A stretch of DNA of 64,000 bases, taken from Catajapyx aquilonaris. Its lineage: Eukaryota. Both the position numbers and the translations under genes were made by a program. A model generated the notes under the pieces. It saw only the letters and a program-made list of their open reading frames with translations, was not told where the DNA came from and did no database searches. Shown one piece after another: positions 14,393 to 28,909 of the stretch. How positions within the stretch are numbered: the first letter of the stretch is position 1; each line of letters starts with the position of its first letter. The stretch spans positions 62,001-126,000 of the forward strand of contig KZ538006.1 of the NCBI GenBank assembly GCA_000934665.2, read 5' to 3'.

Positions 14393-17300
14393 TACCGATT
14401 CATGTAACGACTTGGACGTCAAATACCGTCTACAGTACTGACTTGTAGACAGGACTTGTTGATCACACTACCACCTACAAGTTGGTACATGAATCGGTAC
14501 ATGAATTACAGTCTACACGACAATCAAAATGATCAGGGCATGATTGATCAATTATTTCCTATCGCTTTTACAAGTATCGATATTAGCCCGTTCATGACAT
14601 ATCAAATCAAAGATGGTGTCTCAAAAAATACATTCGGCGGTGAAAAAGATGGCCCTGTAAATCGAATCATAATTCGCCCCAGAATATTCCTTTACAAAAT
14701 GTCCAGAATTTCATTTGCCGACGGGGGAGGGGGAAAATGTGGGAGTAGGTAGAAAAAAAGGCAGTTCTGCACAAAAGTGCATACAAGATTAAATTTTCCG
14801 CGCCGTTTAGTAACATGATTTATGACATTTTCCACGCGAGGGGTATCACCTAGCTAACGGAGTCTCACGGCCCCAATTCGGCCAAGAAAACTCCCCACTT
14901 TCCAATATCTCCTCGTTTCCCCAGCAACACAAACAAGTCCGCTTCCTTTTATTCAAAGCTTCCAATTGAGGCACAGAATATTCTCTCACGGTTATATCTG
15001 CAAAAAAAAAATGATACGAACTTGCAGAAACACATACAAAAATTTTAAAAAATGGAGGTTGCTGGTTCGAAGCGAAAAAGATTTGGTGTGCATAATTTCA
15101 TAGCCTCATTGCGACACCAGAATCCAGCAGTTCAATGCTTGCTACTTAATAATTTAACAGTATTGACACTGTCCAATCAACAAGTTGGAAAACTCGATAG
15201 AGTGGCCGCACACGTACGCCAGCCATTTTCTCGTTCAAGACGTGAGAGATTGAAGGTAAGACGTTCCACTGCAAGAGACTGAAAATGGCGCCAAGAGACA
15301 TGGCAGCGTCACGGACCGAGTTTCCGGCAATTTTCCCGGAATTGTCCGGGGGAGGTCGGATTGTGTTGGAGGGTTGGGAGGGAGAGAACTGAGGACTCTG
15401 GTTAATTGCTCGCGGGGAACCCGTGGAGGGTTCAAGCTATGGACCAAACTGCACATTCTCCCTTATTCAGCCTTTTCAATTGCGACTCGTCTCTCCCATT
15501 AGGACCCTTTGTTTGATCAAGTGCGTGCCGCATTTTTTAACAACACAGGGTCCCCCCTTTCCCTCGGTGTTCTAGTTACTATTCTTTCCTGCCTCGTTTT
15601 ATCTCCCTCTTCTTATTTAATTATAGCCACCATCCCCAAAATCCAGCGGTTCAGGCGGGACCACGATTAAAATGGTGGCTGCAACAGTATCGTACGTGGA
15701 GGGGACACTAAGGGATGACAGTTACGACACTTACGTCGGTGCAACATCCAGACGCTTCTCTGGAATATTGCATGGAGGTGCCACCGGTTCCTTCTCATTT
15801 CAAGTATAGCCTACAAAATATATTTAACAACCAAATATTTTAAATAGACGGTACATTTCGAGCTCTGCCATAAACGGGAAAGAAATATGTCAGTGAGTCG
15901 AATTTGTACAAGTTTTCCGATGTAAAAGTTGGTTCCAACACAACAATGCATTTGGCAATAATTTGAATTATTGACAGACGATAAAAGTTGCTACGGCGGA
16001 TATACAAACGCACTAATGTATATACCGCCCGCTTTTAAAAAAAACTACGCTTCCTAAAATCACATCACGGGTTCCCCAAATTACTCGCCGTATAATTGAA
16101 TTTCTGAAACATTCCCCGGCTCATGTATCGAATGCGAATACCTTCTGATTCTCCAGTAATCTACTTGCTTTATCGTCGTGAATTTCAGAGTTGATGGACT
16201 AATTGGAATAGATAGCTTCTTTCCTCCCTCCTTACGGTAATTTTAGTGCAGGGGGGAATGAGAGTCCCCCCCCCCCCCCCTTTTCTTCATGTCTTTGCCC
16301 GCCAGCACTAAGCGAGAAAATCCGACCCATGGAGAATCAAGTTTTCGATGGGGAAGAATGAAAGAGGAAAGTTGCATTCCTCTTCCTTCCCCCCCCCCCC
16401 TCCCCTACAAGAATCTTCTCAAAGTTACTCCCGACTAATACCCTTGCTTTGTTTCATTCGGGTTCATCCTTATCCTTGATGAGCTTCCCCAAATCGGGGT
16501 ACGGATGAAGCAGAAACTAAGGTAGGATGGAGAAATGCAATGTCGGATCTTAATTATTTGAAAGCTTTGTTTGGTTCCAAATTTTCCTCCGACATGACTA
16601 TTGGGAACAGCAGTTAGGCAATTCTGGGGTCTCATAATTTCTGGAATAATGGTCACCTGTGAACCGCCAAGACGACAGTGCGGTTTTACTAACTACCGCC
16701 TCTTCCTTTTAATTTGGAGATGTGAGATAAGGAAAATTTTTAACACGCGTTGCAGGTTTGGTGAAACAAGCCGACCCCCTCCTGTTTCAACAATATAACA
16801 ACCCAGATAAACTGGTCGTCATTGATCTTTACTGATCGGACAGCTCCCGAACTTGATCCACTAATTGTAATTGATAGGTTTTTTGCAACACACGCTCCTT
16901 AAATCGGCACATAAATTTCCCTTCTAATAGATTGCTACTGGGATTGTAGTTTTTATGTGCTGATTTAATGGCTATAATAATAGCCTGGTCGCCTGGTTTT
17001 TCGGAAAAGATTAATGCGATAACCGGGCAGCTGCTTGTCAACACGGAAAAACCCTGACTTGTTATAACGTCGGTGTGATAAGCAAATCATGAATCTTTAA
17101 TGTATCTCATTACATTTAATAATTTACAACCGTGATAATGAATATTTGCACACTGTTTGCATACTGTCCCAGTGAATAAAGCAGTCAAATCAAGTGGGAA
17201 TAATTTTTTTTTGTTCGCGCTCATGGTTCAGCTCGTGTAGAAAAGGGGTTATTGTAACCGCTGACCAATCCTACTGCCCTAATTTATAGCCCTGGTCCAC

Positions 17301-20300
17301 TCTTGACAGGGAGATGACATATGGCCTGCTGTAGTAGCAGGTGTGGGCTGCTGAATATCTGCTCAGCCAAAAATAGATTTTTAGGTCGAAATTTTTGTCT
17401 TCTGGGCTTACATTATTCGCCACAAAACCGCCGCTTACACTGTAAGCCTATTTTATAACGAGTTACTTTAAGCTGAAGGATATGCTTGTGACGTACTTTA
17501 ACGCATTAATGAATCCCCAACAATAATAATATTAATAAACTACAGCTTGTTTTCTCAGAACTAATACACAGATGACGTTATCCTTCCTGGACCTGAGTTC
17601 GGTCCATTTATTGCAACCTGCATCAAATGAAAGTTACATGTTTCAATTTTCCCCTAGCCCCAGGATATGGTCTCACCACAGGGATACCAGTACAAGGTAC
17701 ATCCAATTTTTTTCTCTATATACAATAGAGCGGCCTCTCTCGCCACCTCGCTGTTCCCTGTGGGGAAAACTATTGGTGGTGGCCAGTGAAGTGCATGGAA
17801 TAAATGTTGCTCGTTCCGACTCACTTCATTTGCTTGGCGTGAGGCTTCCCATTAGTAAGTCAAGTTCCTACGTTGTATAGGCGATTTCCTCGCAATTATT
17901 TCGGAGGTCGTGATTTGTAGTTTAAGTGCGTGACGATGACACATTTAGGATCATTATGGGATAAAATATTTGACAGCACTATTATTGCCTTTCCGAAGCT
18001 CTTTATGATTACCGGTGTGCAGCATTTCATAACGTCTTGATATGCACGTGCATGAATCGCTCACTCGGGTAAGCAGACATTAGCACATTAGTCATTTCGC
18101 CTCCATTTTGCAGTATATTCACTTATCCAAAAATCAATTCATATGCCCAGAAATTGAGCACAGAATTTCTACCTATTACTCGACTTGCTCCAATTCCAGC
18201 CACAGGTGAACAAAGTTAAAAGGATTTTCATTTTACGCATTCTGCAGTAATTCGCACAAGTCCTACGCATGAAAGTTCTCCACAAGTGACTTAGCACTTG
18301 GTGAAAGAACCACGACTTTGCAATAGCTATACATATATCCCTGGAACTTTCGCCATTACCCTCCAATTACCATAGCTGGCCAGGGGGAAATTGCGCACCC
18401 CTTGAAAATCTCATTTGCCAAGCAACCATTCTCCGACACCATTTTTCTCCCGCAAAATTCCGCCAGCACTATCTCGACAGCTGGAGGAGAGAGAAATCGC
18501 ACAACACATCCCCCCTATAGTCCCCCTACCCAACCCCTTTTGCTCTCTCTCTCCCCCTTCCAAACACTCTTCCTCTGACAAATTCTATGCATAGTTCTAT
18601 CCTGGCAGGGTGGGAAGGGGTGAGAGGGGGGATATACCCCCTCTCCTTTACACGCTCTCTTATTAGTGTGGTCGTCTGAAATTCCGGAAAACCATCCCAA
18701 AATCCTCCCCTTCTCCAAGCCCACAGTCCCTCTCTCTCCCTTTCCCCCTGCGAACCCATCTGAAAGAATCGCCAGGCGCTGCCTGTGAGGAACGCGGAAT
18801 TAGGTAACGCTAATTAAATTCAACTCCTATGGAACTTTCCTTTCCCACCAGGACGGCCGGGTTTGGAACTGGAGGAACATCTCTGCCACCCCCCGCCCCC
18901 GCCATCTATTCCCTCAATTCCCCCTGGAGATTCCAGTGGTGCAAAACGAATCCGGAGGAGAGCAGTGATTCCATCCTAAGGTCCAGCCCCCCGGATTATT
19001 ACCCGTCCTTCTTTATATTGCAACTCGTCTTAAGTTGTGTATCCACACAAAAAAGAATCGATGGGTGTTTTTTTTTACAAAAAAGACGCTTTTCTGTAAT
19101 GAGGTGGACCTGGGTTGGACCGTATTTTCCAATAGTCGATAAGTTTGGCGTGGCTATTTTCGCCAAAAGCGGGGTCTTCAGTGTGACAGTTTGTACGTGG
19201 CTATCGGCATATTTTGTCATGACGTATTCTTTGTGAGTAAAGTGTCAGCATTAGTTTGACAGGAAAATAGTGGTTTATTTTTTTTGGAATGTCCAATGCA
19301 CATATGGTGCTAAAACTGTCAATATCGTACATGGTGTTGCAAACGGTCCCATACCATATTACAGATTCGGCATGACCCAACCATAATTAACGTAATTATG
19401 ATTAAATATTCCGTCGTCATACCACGACAAAAAAATGTTGCGTTTATCCTAGCTCTCTACTGCCACCATTCTGCCTCCTATGTTAGGAGGGACGCCTAAC
19501 TTTCAGGCTAAACAGGCCCACCATAATTATGTTGTATGAACTATACGGTATTAATGAAAAAGAATAATTGTGTACGACCCTTAATTTTCGGACAGTTTAA
19601 TCGATGCAACTTAGGTGCAGAGATTAATGCAAATTTTAATTTTCCTCTTACAAACAATATGGGCAGCACGTAATCTGAGATTATTTTTTTGTTAGTCTGA
19701 GTTGATGCAATGGAAGCTTAGCGCCTTGACCATGAGCCCTGAAACATCACCTGCACCCATGAGTCGATTCGGACCTTGTGGCAGATTCCTGGTGATCCCA
19801 TTCCATGCTCCAAATCTTCCAGCACACGGTAAGGGCGGGAGGACCTGGGTCGCATAAGGGGACTCATTACCACGCGGTAATTAACATTTTGGGGGGCCCG
19901 AGATAATTAGGATCGTCTAACAGGACGCTGCAGCTGGTCTTCCCCCCCCCCCTCCTTCTCTCTTCTGCTCCATGCCATCTTGATTAATCACGTCACTTCA
20001 TTACTCTTCCCTGCCGCTTTTTTTCTGGCAGCCATTTCACCTAGACATGAGCCTAATGCACTTCATGGTAAATATGAAGCACTTGTTGGCTCCCATGGCA
20101 ACCCGGCCTCAGGTGTGTTGTCGGGAGAAACCGGCTTTTTGTGGGAGAAATGCCCCCCCCCCCCTTTTTTTTTCGGGGGTTGAATAGAAGGATTGGATCA
20201 TTGAACAGTGGTCCTTCTAACTGGTCTAATTAGGAGCGATTAGGGCCCCCGATTTGGCTGGCAATTTCAAAGAATTTGTGCGGCTCAGAAGAAAAGCGTT

Positions 20301-23300
20301 GAAAATGCACGTTTAGGGGACTAAGGGAGAGGGTATTTGTGCAAGTGGTCGTGATGAAGAAGGAAGGGCATATAGAAATGAGAATGAAACGTGAGTCTGA
20401 AGCCTTGTGTAAACGTCAGTGGGGAGGCTCAATTCGTCAATATTTTACGGATTGCTCAGCGGAGCATGTCTGATTCTCTCCCTCCGCAATCAAAGGTAAA
20501 CATACGGATATTTGAGTAAATTGTGGCGTGATCTGCAATAATTACGGGAGGCTCCGTTGCGGCCGCTTGCTTTTTGAGCCCAGCAGGAAGTGATGTCATG
20601 ATTACAGAGAGACGGCAAATATTACATGGGAGTTCGACGTTCGGGGACCCCAAAAAAACTCTTTTCAAAACTGCCGGTACGTGCAGATAATAATTACGGA
20701 ACATGACCAATTTGTGCACGACAAAGGGGTTATTGGAAAGGTAACGCGATGCTCATTTTGTGCATCCGCCCAGTGCGCACAAGCGCACATAATATTAGGA
20801 GACCCACACAAAACGGAGACTAAAATTGTTTTTGAGCAGGTATTTTCAACGGGCAGTTCAGATGATATTTTCCACTCAGAAAAATCAGCTATAAACTTAT
20901 AAAGGTAAAAAAAGGTTTTTTATACAACATGTTGTATAAAACTAAATTATTGCTGGTCTTCACAAAAAAATCCAGCAGCATTGTTACAACACTGTTAAAA
21001 ATCGGCACGGTTCCCTTTCACCAATCTTCCAGCTTGCAAAAATATTTTTTGAACAAATAAGCAAATCGTGAGTCTCCTAAGGGCATTTTCCGCTGAAATT
21101 CGACCTTTTCGACCACAACTGTTTCCCCACGTTGCATTTTTTGCAGGAGGAATCTACCAACAAAAAATTACACCCTATATTTATGCACGTTTCTGTGGGA
21201 GCAGGGTAACAATACATGGCATTGAATTCTCTTAATGCCTTTATCTAATAGTTAGTTGTTTACACATGAAGAGCTGAAATGTAATTTAGTAATAATCGAG
21301 TGGCCAATTCAATTTTCTGATATATCAACTAGTCATATATGGTATTGAATTCGTTTTGAAAAATCAGCAATAGTCAACTTCAAACCTTCACATCTAAAAA
21401 TGAGCGAAATCGTTATGCATTTCTATTCTTCTTGCAAATTATTTTCATTACGTTTGCGTCATCAAACTACTTCACTGTTCATACACAACATTTGCAGCCT
21501 TTGTTGCTCGCGTATACATATGTAAACCTCATTTCAATCCATAATTGGACAAAACCTCCCACAAAAAAGGACATTTGAAAGGCCAGAGTGGACCCATCGA
21601 TTGACTGCCCTGTTTACCAAATTGAAAACCAATGGTCATTCCCTTCAAGTTATTTGAAAATAAGTGGGACTGCAAACTTCCCCCACTTTTCCCATTCCGT
21701 CTCCATCTCTTCCTTTAGGTTAGAGAAGAGCGAAAAGCTTCCCAAAAAAAAGTAACTCCGTCTGGGACGCGGCCTCGGCTCACAATTGCTAGACCAAGCT
21801 GGAATCCCAGTCCTCAGTAATTAAATTTCTTTGCAAATCCTCCTTTCCTGGGAGAGAAAGTTTCCACCATTTTCGTTATTTTCCCTTCCTCACTCCTCTC
21901 TTGGCTCAACTCTCCCCACCTTACCCCCCCCACCCAACCCTCTTCATCTTCAACCCTCATTTTTGCCCCCCCCCTCCCCCCNTCTTCTAAACCACCACCA
22001 CTCTTCTAGCTTGCTCACTTCTTCTTGCCACCCTCCGTCTATTTGCATTTCGTTTGCTCTAATGCGATTGGTGGGCGGAAATGGAAATTGCCAGGAAGTT
22101 AGGGGTTGGTTAGTGTTGGAAGGAAGTGCGGGATCAGTGGTGGGTAAAACGGGTTGGGGGAGAGAGAGGTCTTGCGTACCCCCCAACCCCCCAAAAGGCT
22201 TCAGGTCTGGAGAAAAAGACACTTGATTCTCGGAGTCACTCACTAATTGGGTATTTATGAGCAGAAAAGTATCGGAGGGTTGACTAAGCGACCTACTATG
22301 CATAAAATCGACATTGCAGTTTGTACAAAAATCGAGAGTGGTTTTTTTTCCCCCGTGAAACCACGAGGCTGAATACATGATTGTTCAATTAGGGTTTCAA
22401 CGTTAAGGTGACCGCACTATTGCGTAACATGCCTTCGCATTTGCATCTGATTACGATACTGGGAGGGGTTTTTTAAATAGGGCGTTCTTTGTGGAGTGGA
22501 CCAGCTTTTTTTGGGTCGCTTTCATCGATGATGGTCATTATTTGGTGCATTTATGGTCTTAGAGAGGGTTGTGCAAATGCAGAAAATATGCAGCGGGAAA
22601 CTGGGAAACTGCTAACGTGGTGTTTTGCGGAGATGTTTGTCGGGAAAAAGGGACATTTGTGTTTCTGCCAGATTTTATTTAACTGGAGCAAAAAAATGTG
22701 CAGTGGCAACTGTTGCATTGCTTTCCTTAATTATTACCGTTCAGATTCAGAGATTAGAAAAATAGTACTTACAAGTGCAGGTATGTGAGAAACTTACATA
22801 ATTTATCAATTATAATGCTCCTCACCAGCAAGTTGCGTAATTATGTAAGAAAGTAAATAAAGTGATATCAAATACCGCACAGTTGAAATGCATAATACAT
22901 TATAGATGCAGAGCAAATTCACTGTCCTTGCATAAGAAAGTACCGGTACAAGAATTTGCAACTGCGCAAGCACAAAATGAAAGCTGCCTTCAGGCAATTT
23001 TTGCTCCCCGTATAGTACAAACCATTTAAACTTTGATAATGGAAATTTTGTTTCGCAACCTTTACTGCCTCAAAATAAAACGATGCAACACATCTTGTAT
23101 ACCCTGCAGTCCAACGCAACAAACTTTTTTTTTGTCCAACCCATGCAGCATGCACTCAGAGTTTCAATTGGTTGCCTGAACTCCATAAAATCCCGATTGA
23201 TCGATGTCATCTGTGTCTTCCTGCAAGGCCATATAATCTGTATAAACATCAAAACTCTGCCGACTTTTGCCTGGCTGCACAGATCTTGCCCCCTTTCCTA

Positions 23301-24413
23301 GAAATGGTCCCGTGTGAACGCGCCTTCCAGCTTTTTCATAGCTTCATAAAATCGCGACGAAGTAGATATAGAGAACCAAGGGTGGAGATGTGGAGGAGCT
23401 CAAAGTGGTTGTATAACCCACACCGAAAAAAATCCTTCTTTTTTTATATATAAAACGGTGCGTGGTTTGACGACTCGAGATGGTTATCGGAGAGATAGAG
23501 TGCTGAGGTTTTGAGAGGGGTTGACTGAAGCATAGAAGAAAAGCAAGCCTGCTGGATGAAGATAATCAACCCCTACTCTTCCATCATCTTGGCGGTTGCT
23601 TGGCCCGACTAACCGACAAAGATCCTGCCTTCAATTTTCCGCGGGTGGAAGAAAATGGCCGCGATCGCTAACCCACAAAAATGGAAAGATGGCGTTCATT
23701 CAAATGCAGCACATTAATTCAATCCCTGCCGATTTTTTTTTTTTTCGCGCACATCCCCGGTGCTAGCTCCAACCGCCAGTTTTCCTGCCTTAATTAGCCT
23801 CATAGAACTCTTTGACAGTTTCTCCTCATCTCTCTTGAAACCAGATTTAAAACCCCCAGCGTGCCGATAAAATTTATTTCCATCGCGACCTGTTCCACAG
23901 AAATTTGGCCCCCCTCCGATTCCTTTCTATCTCCTTCCTCGAGTGGGTGGGAAACCCGCCTAGCTACTTACTTCCCTCGAGGGTAATTTTTCGATAAATC
24001 TGGCAATTCCGCGCCTAATTGAGCATCGGAGAGCGGCTCTCTTTCCGCACGGCTGAATCTTTGGTGACGAGAAAAGGGAGGTTGGGGCGAGCGATAATGA
24101 AGGATGCACCTACTTTGGATCAATGGGAGAAGCTATAGTCCTTTCGCAAGATATCTCCTCATCCCCTTTCTATATGCTTTATTCTTGGTCTGGAAACTAC
24201 CTCCAGGGGTTGAGGGGGCAGGTCAACTCGTTCAATGACCCGGGAACTGTTTACGCCAAATCCATCTGATATATAATAGTCCACAAGTCTGGTCTCGTTT
24301 TTTTGCGGGGTTTGTTTTGCGGTTAATTGAATCACGGCAGGTGTTTACCTTCCCTATAAGCAAGGTCTGAACTCTCTCTCTCTTGAAAGGAGTCTATTCA
24401 CTACCGGATTCTA

Positions 24414-24525
24414 CAGGGTGTATACTATCGACAACTGTTCTGGGGGACTTAACTCCACGGAGACCAGATCATTAGGGGGTATCAGTCGGTTCAAACATAT
24501 CCTCCTAGAACATGTGTACACCCTG
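24414..24525. mobile_element. Tc1/mariner-type MITE remnant
   Basis: TA-CAGGGTGTA...TACACCCTG-TA termini. Confidence 0.6.
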
Positions 24526-26050
24526 TATACGCAATGAAGTATATGAACACAATCTCCATAATTGTCACGCCATCTTTAATCACCCTTCGTTTCAAGTAGC
24601 AATACAAACCCAAAGTTGTGATCAAACAGCAGCTTCCTGGAAATTTTCTGATCAGTGCGTGCCTGGTTTAATCAACGCATTAAGTGAGCGTGCGTATGAA
24701 GGCGCGCTGTGATTGCAGCAGAATCCGGCCACAAAATATACCCTAGCATGCAGAATCGCTTTTGCAAAGGAAGAGAGGGGGATCATTTCCAGTGGGAGGG
24801 GAAACGCCCGACAAGATTCATTTACCATTGAGGATTAGGGGTGCGCTTTAATGACGTCTACCCCCCAGCCAGCCAGCCCCACCTTTTCCCCCACCCACAT
24901 GCACCCTCTCTTTTCTGCTAGTAATGCAAAAGCCGACAAACACGACGGAGTAAAGCGGATTAAGTCGAGACGCGGTTGAAAGTGTGAGCGGCCGTCCACA
25001 GATGGCCTCAGAGCCATTCCCATCCCGCTTCTGCCATCTATGAATCGGACTCGCACTTCGACTCAGATTTCAAAATTTGGGACTAATGTTGTTTTGGCAT
25101 AATAATAATTATTGGAAGACGCAACATGTCAGCGGCACACGCACAGGTACTTGGACGGTAACATCCTGCTGCCTGCGTCAAGAAACCGGGCTGTGACGTG
25201 GATCGATCATGCTGGTTGTTATGTATATGCCAAATGTGGCACATGACATGTCACACACATGTACGGTGTCAAATTATGGTTTGTATAATTACAACAAATT
25301 CTGTTACAAGTGTCTGTAAACACCATTGTACAATGACAATACATAATGCAATCACATTGTGTTCATATCGTCACATTTTTCTATGAACGAGCAGACTGTA
25401 ATGAACTCACAAAATATTAGCGTATATGAAACATATAAAATTGAATACAATTATAATACAATTAAATAATCACAACTAGGCAGAATAACAAACAACAAAT
25501 TGACGAGCTTATAGCAGTTGACTTCACCACTCTATTAATATTGCGGCTATGCAGACTCCAATAATAATTGGACAGAGGTTCTTATTATTAACCTGCTATT
25601 TTTGGTGTCAGAAACACATTTAAGTTTCAGCTCACGACAGAGGTGATGACACGGCAGATTCCGTGTCCTTATTGATGATCCTCATTAATTGGCATTCTTA
25701 TATTTTAAGGCTCTTGTTAGCTGCTCCATAGCTGAAAACAACCGAGGTTCAAGTTTGGAAAAGAGACGGTCGTATACTCTGCCATCGGACAAGATCACCT
25801 GGCCAATTAATCTCCCGGGGAAACAGTCTGTTCCTCTATCCTTTGCCTTCGACATTTGGGCGAGACGCTTAATCCTTATCGAGTCTTATCGAACGGAAAA
25901 GAGGAGGGTCCAAGTGGTGAGAAAGGAATTCCGATGGGAGTCAGGTGTCGGAATGAGACAGGTCAGGACTCTCCAACGTTTTTTTTTGTGTGTGTGTCCT
26001 CCGCAGTCTGCGTCCACAAACACAAAGGGTAGGATGTCAAGTGGCACTAT

Positions 26051-26128
26051 ACTTACGGTTCTCGACGTAAGTTAAGTAAAAACTGTCCAATGCACTCACC
26101 TGAAACAAAGAAACGCCAGTTTAGTACA
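26051..26128 (-). other. Candidate recursive splice site (ratchet point) with 43-nt cryptic RS-exon
   Basis: The minus strand reads TACTAAAC (branch-point-like) TGGCG TTTCTTTGTTTCAG|GTGAGT, so an acceptor is fused to a consensus donor at 26100/26099. A second donor ACC|GTAAGT lies 43 nt later at 26057/26056. Confidence 0.7.
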
Positions 26129-26563
26129 CACCACAGTAATTATTAACACAGCACGTAAATAGAAAACTTACTATAGGGCAAGGGGGGAAAAAAGCAATTT
26201 ATTTCCTGACCTATAACAGCTGCTGTGAACCGGTGTACATTTTTTAATGCCAAGAAAAGAACCAGGCCTTCATCATATGGGCCGATTCATGCACAAAAAA
26301 CCAAATGCTCTGAATACGAACCCGGTAAACCATATGTGACCTACAGGTCACATCTTCCGGGCTTGAGCATAAAGCACTGCAATAACTATAATGCCCACTG
26401 GTTAGCTGATAACAGTGGCGATGAACACTGTTTGCCCGTTTTTGTCAAATGGGCGTCTTGCAATTAGCATTACCTTCAGGTCAGGGTTATCACGACAACA
26501 AGTATCGTAATTAACAACGGAGCTGACACATACATGTAACGCCCCTCTTCTATATATACAGTA

Positions 26564-26705
26564 CAGGGTGGTGCACTTGCCCACACCCTCAGTTCCAGAG
26601 TGTATATAGGAACCCCCAACAATTTGTTGCAGCATGTAACATTCAGCTGGAGTAAACAATCAGCTTTTCTTCCCCAACCTTCCTGTTGGGCAATGCTCCA
26701 CCCTG
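26564..26705. mobile_element. Tc1/mariner-type MITE remnant
   Basis: TA-CAGGGTGGTGCACTTGCCCA ... TGGGCAATGCTCCACCCTG, ~20-bp imperfect TIRs. Confidence 0.6.
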
Positions 26706-28909
26706 TGTAGTAATCCTCATGTTTCGGTAATCCTGAAAGGTAGCCCCAGTTGCCAAATGTCTCGTCCATCTTCAACTCAAGCATCATAAAAAATAGACCA
26801 AAAAAACTACCCCCTACGATACAATCAGAATCCTGCCTCCATTTACCTTAGAAGTAATGCAACCTCTTTTTTTCCCCCCTTTTCCAGGTCGATCAGTTGA
26901 TAACATTCCATCCGTGTAAACGACCGCTTTTAAAAACAACCGAACTACTGTACGCTGTCAAACTCCGCAACAATTAGACAGCCCCAGTACTGCCCAGTAC
27001 ACCATGTAAATACCCTAATTTTTTGTGGTTAGCACCTGACCGCATGCTACCTGACAAATTGCATTCCTGGCAGCAACATATCCCTTTGGAAAGAAAAAAT
27101 ATAGGTCGGCGCAATCATTCCTTGGTTCCAAAAGGCACCAATCTCCTTGATCTTCGGCCCCGCCTTCCAAAGACCTCCAGCCAGGTCAACAAATCCGCCG
27201 GAGGTCCCCGCTAATGAAGCTGCCATAGTAAATATTTTATATTCCGCGGTGGAAAAAGAAGAAGCAAGGGATAAGATGCTAGAGAGAGAAAAAAACAACC
27301 TAGAGATGAGATCTGACAACCGGGCTCTGGTTTGTTGTTATGGTTAGTGCGACAGGCAAAAGGTCACCAGGGGGTTAAAGAAGGCCCTCCCTTTTTTTAC
27401 CTAAAGTTTCCACCTTAGAGTATTTTTTTATATATATTCTACGAGGCTATCCATCTATCCGTCTTGAAGACATCTTTTTGTCCCGCCTCCACACCGAACT
27501 TTTCTTAACCTGGACCCTCCTCAAGCTAAGGGATTTTCGGTGGGGAGGTTCTGATCCAGCTTGGTTCCTAATTGAAAACGATCATTTATAAGAGGAAATG
27601 TGTTGGAAACATTCCTGACCACTTTGGGCCAAATCCGAGCTGCTGTAAGGGACAGGATGAAGGTGATGCCAGTTGGAGGTCAGCGGTTTTCAATACAAAA
27701 AAATACGCTGCATTAAAAAAATGAGTAGGGCATTATCAAAACTATAGGGTACTTCCGGTAGAACATGCATGATTGGAAAATCACGTGAACGTTATTCGAG
27801 TAGACTTATTCTCATTGACAAGGAAATATTCAAATTGTTGCATTTTTATACAACAACGTGAAAAATGTAGAGAAAACGCCTTCCTAAGACCAGCTTACTC
27901 TAATCCTTCAACAAGGCTGTCATAAATAACGTATCTTTCCATTTAAGGACAAAGGAAGTCCAAAAAGTGCGGTTGCGAAGAAGACATCTTCTGGAGAAGA
28001 CGTTTGCTGACGGACGGCTGAAGAAGAGAAAATGCCCGCCTGTCTGACCTCAAGTGCCAGCTCCGGTGACCTCCTCTGCCCAACTTTTGTGTAAGGATAC
28101 CCGCCCAAAATCCAAACAAGCATCATGCCTTCCACCATTTTGTATTTTTTATAACGCTTTATCTGGCCGAGCTGTCATGGGAAAGGCGCAGGAAAATGTA
28201 GGTAGAAGGCAGGGATGAAATTACAGGTCGCGTGGAGAGAATCCCAGGTGACACATGATGGTTTCCGCCTCAGATGTCAAGCCGTCATGCTAATCATGTT
28301 CAAGGAAGGAGTCGCCAAAATAATAAACCTTTTTTTTCCTGGGAAGTCTTCCAGTGTGGTCTCAGAATTATTTATTTAAAAAGGCGCCTCCTTTTCCAGG
28401 TACTGGGGTTGGAAAATGCATGTGAATTAGGAAGTAATATTCTGCAAAAAAATGGCGACGACGGGGCGTGCTCTGCCCCCATAGGGGTCATCCAGCTCTC
28501 TCATCACAAGTCCAGAGGGGGGGACACCATAAAAGCCTGGGCGTGTTTCGTCACGCCGGGAAAAAAAAGAGATGAAGAAGAAGGTAAAAAAGAAAGGAGA
28601 AGAAATGAAGGCGGTGTGCCTGATGTGAAACACCCAGCTCAGGTCCCCCACGACACTTCCAGGCATTCCAAAGTGGGGGTAAAGGTGACCTCGCCCCAGC
28701 TAGGTGCCCATCACGCTGATAGGGTAGCCAACAATTCACTGTTGGCCCTTCACCCGACACAGTCAACCGGGTCAGAGGTCAACTAGGGGGACTTCACCAC
28801 TCTTGTACAAACTGCGGGTGGCGTTTTGTTACAGCCCTTTGAAAACACCGTCGTCACAATATTTTGCACTCTAGTTATAGAAGCGTGTAAGGATAAGTTC
28901 AAACCAATA

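Noticed and set aside
15729..15762. Possible 25-nt minus-strand microexon ending in GTAAGT
   Set aside because: Weak acceptor, not frame-preserving, and no similarity to an agrin linker.
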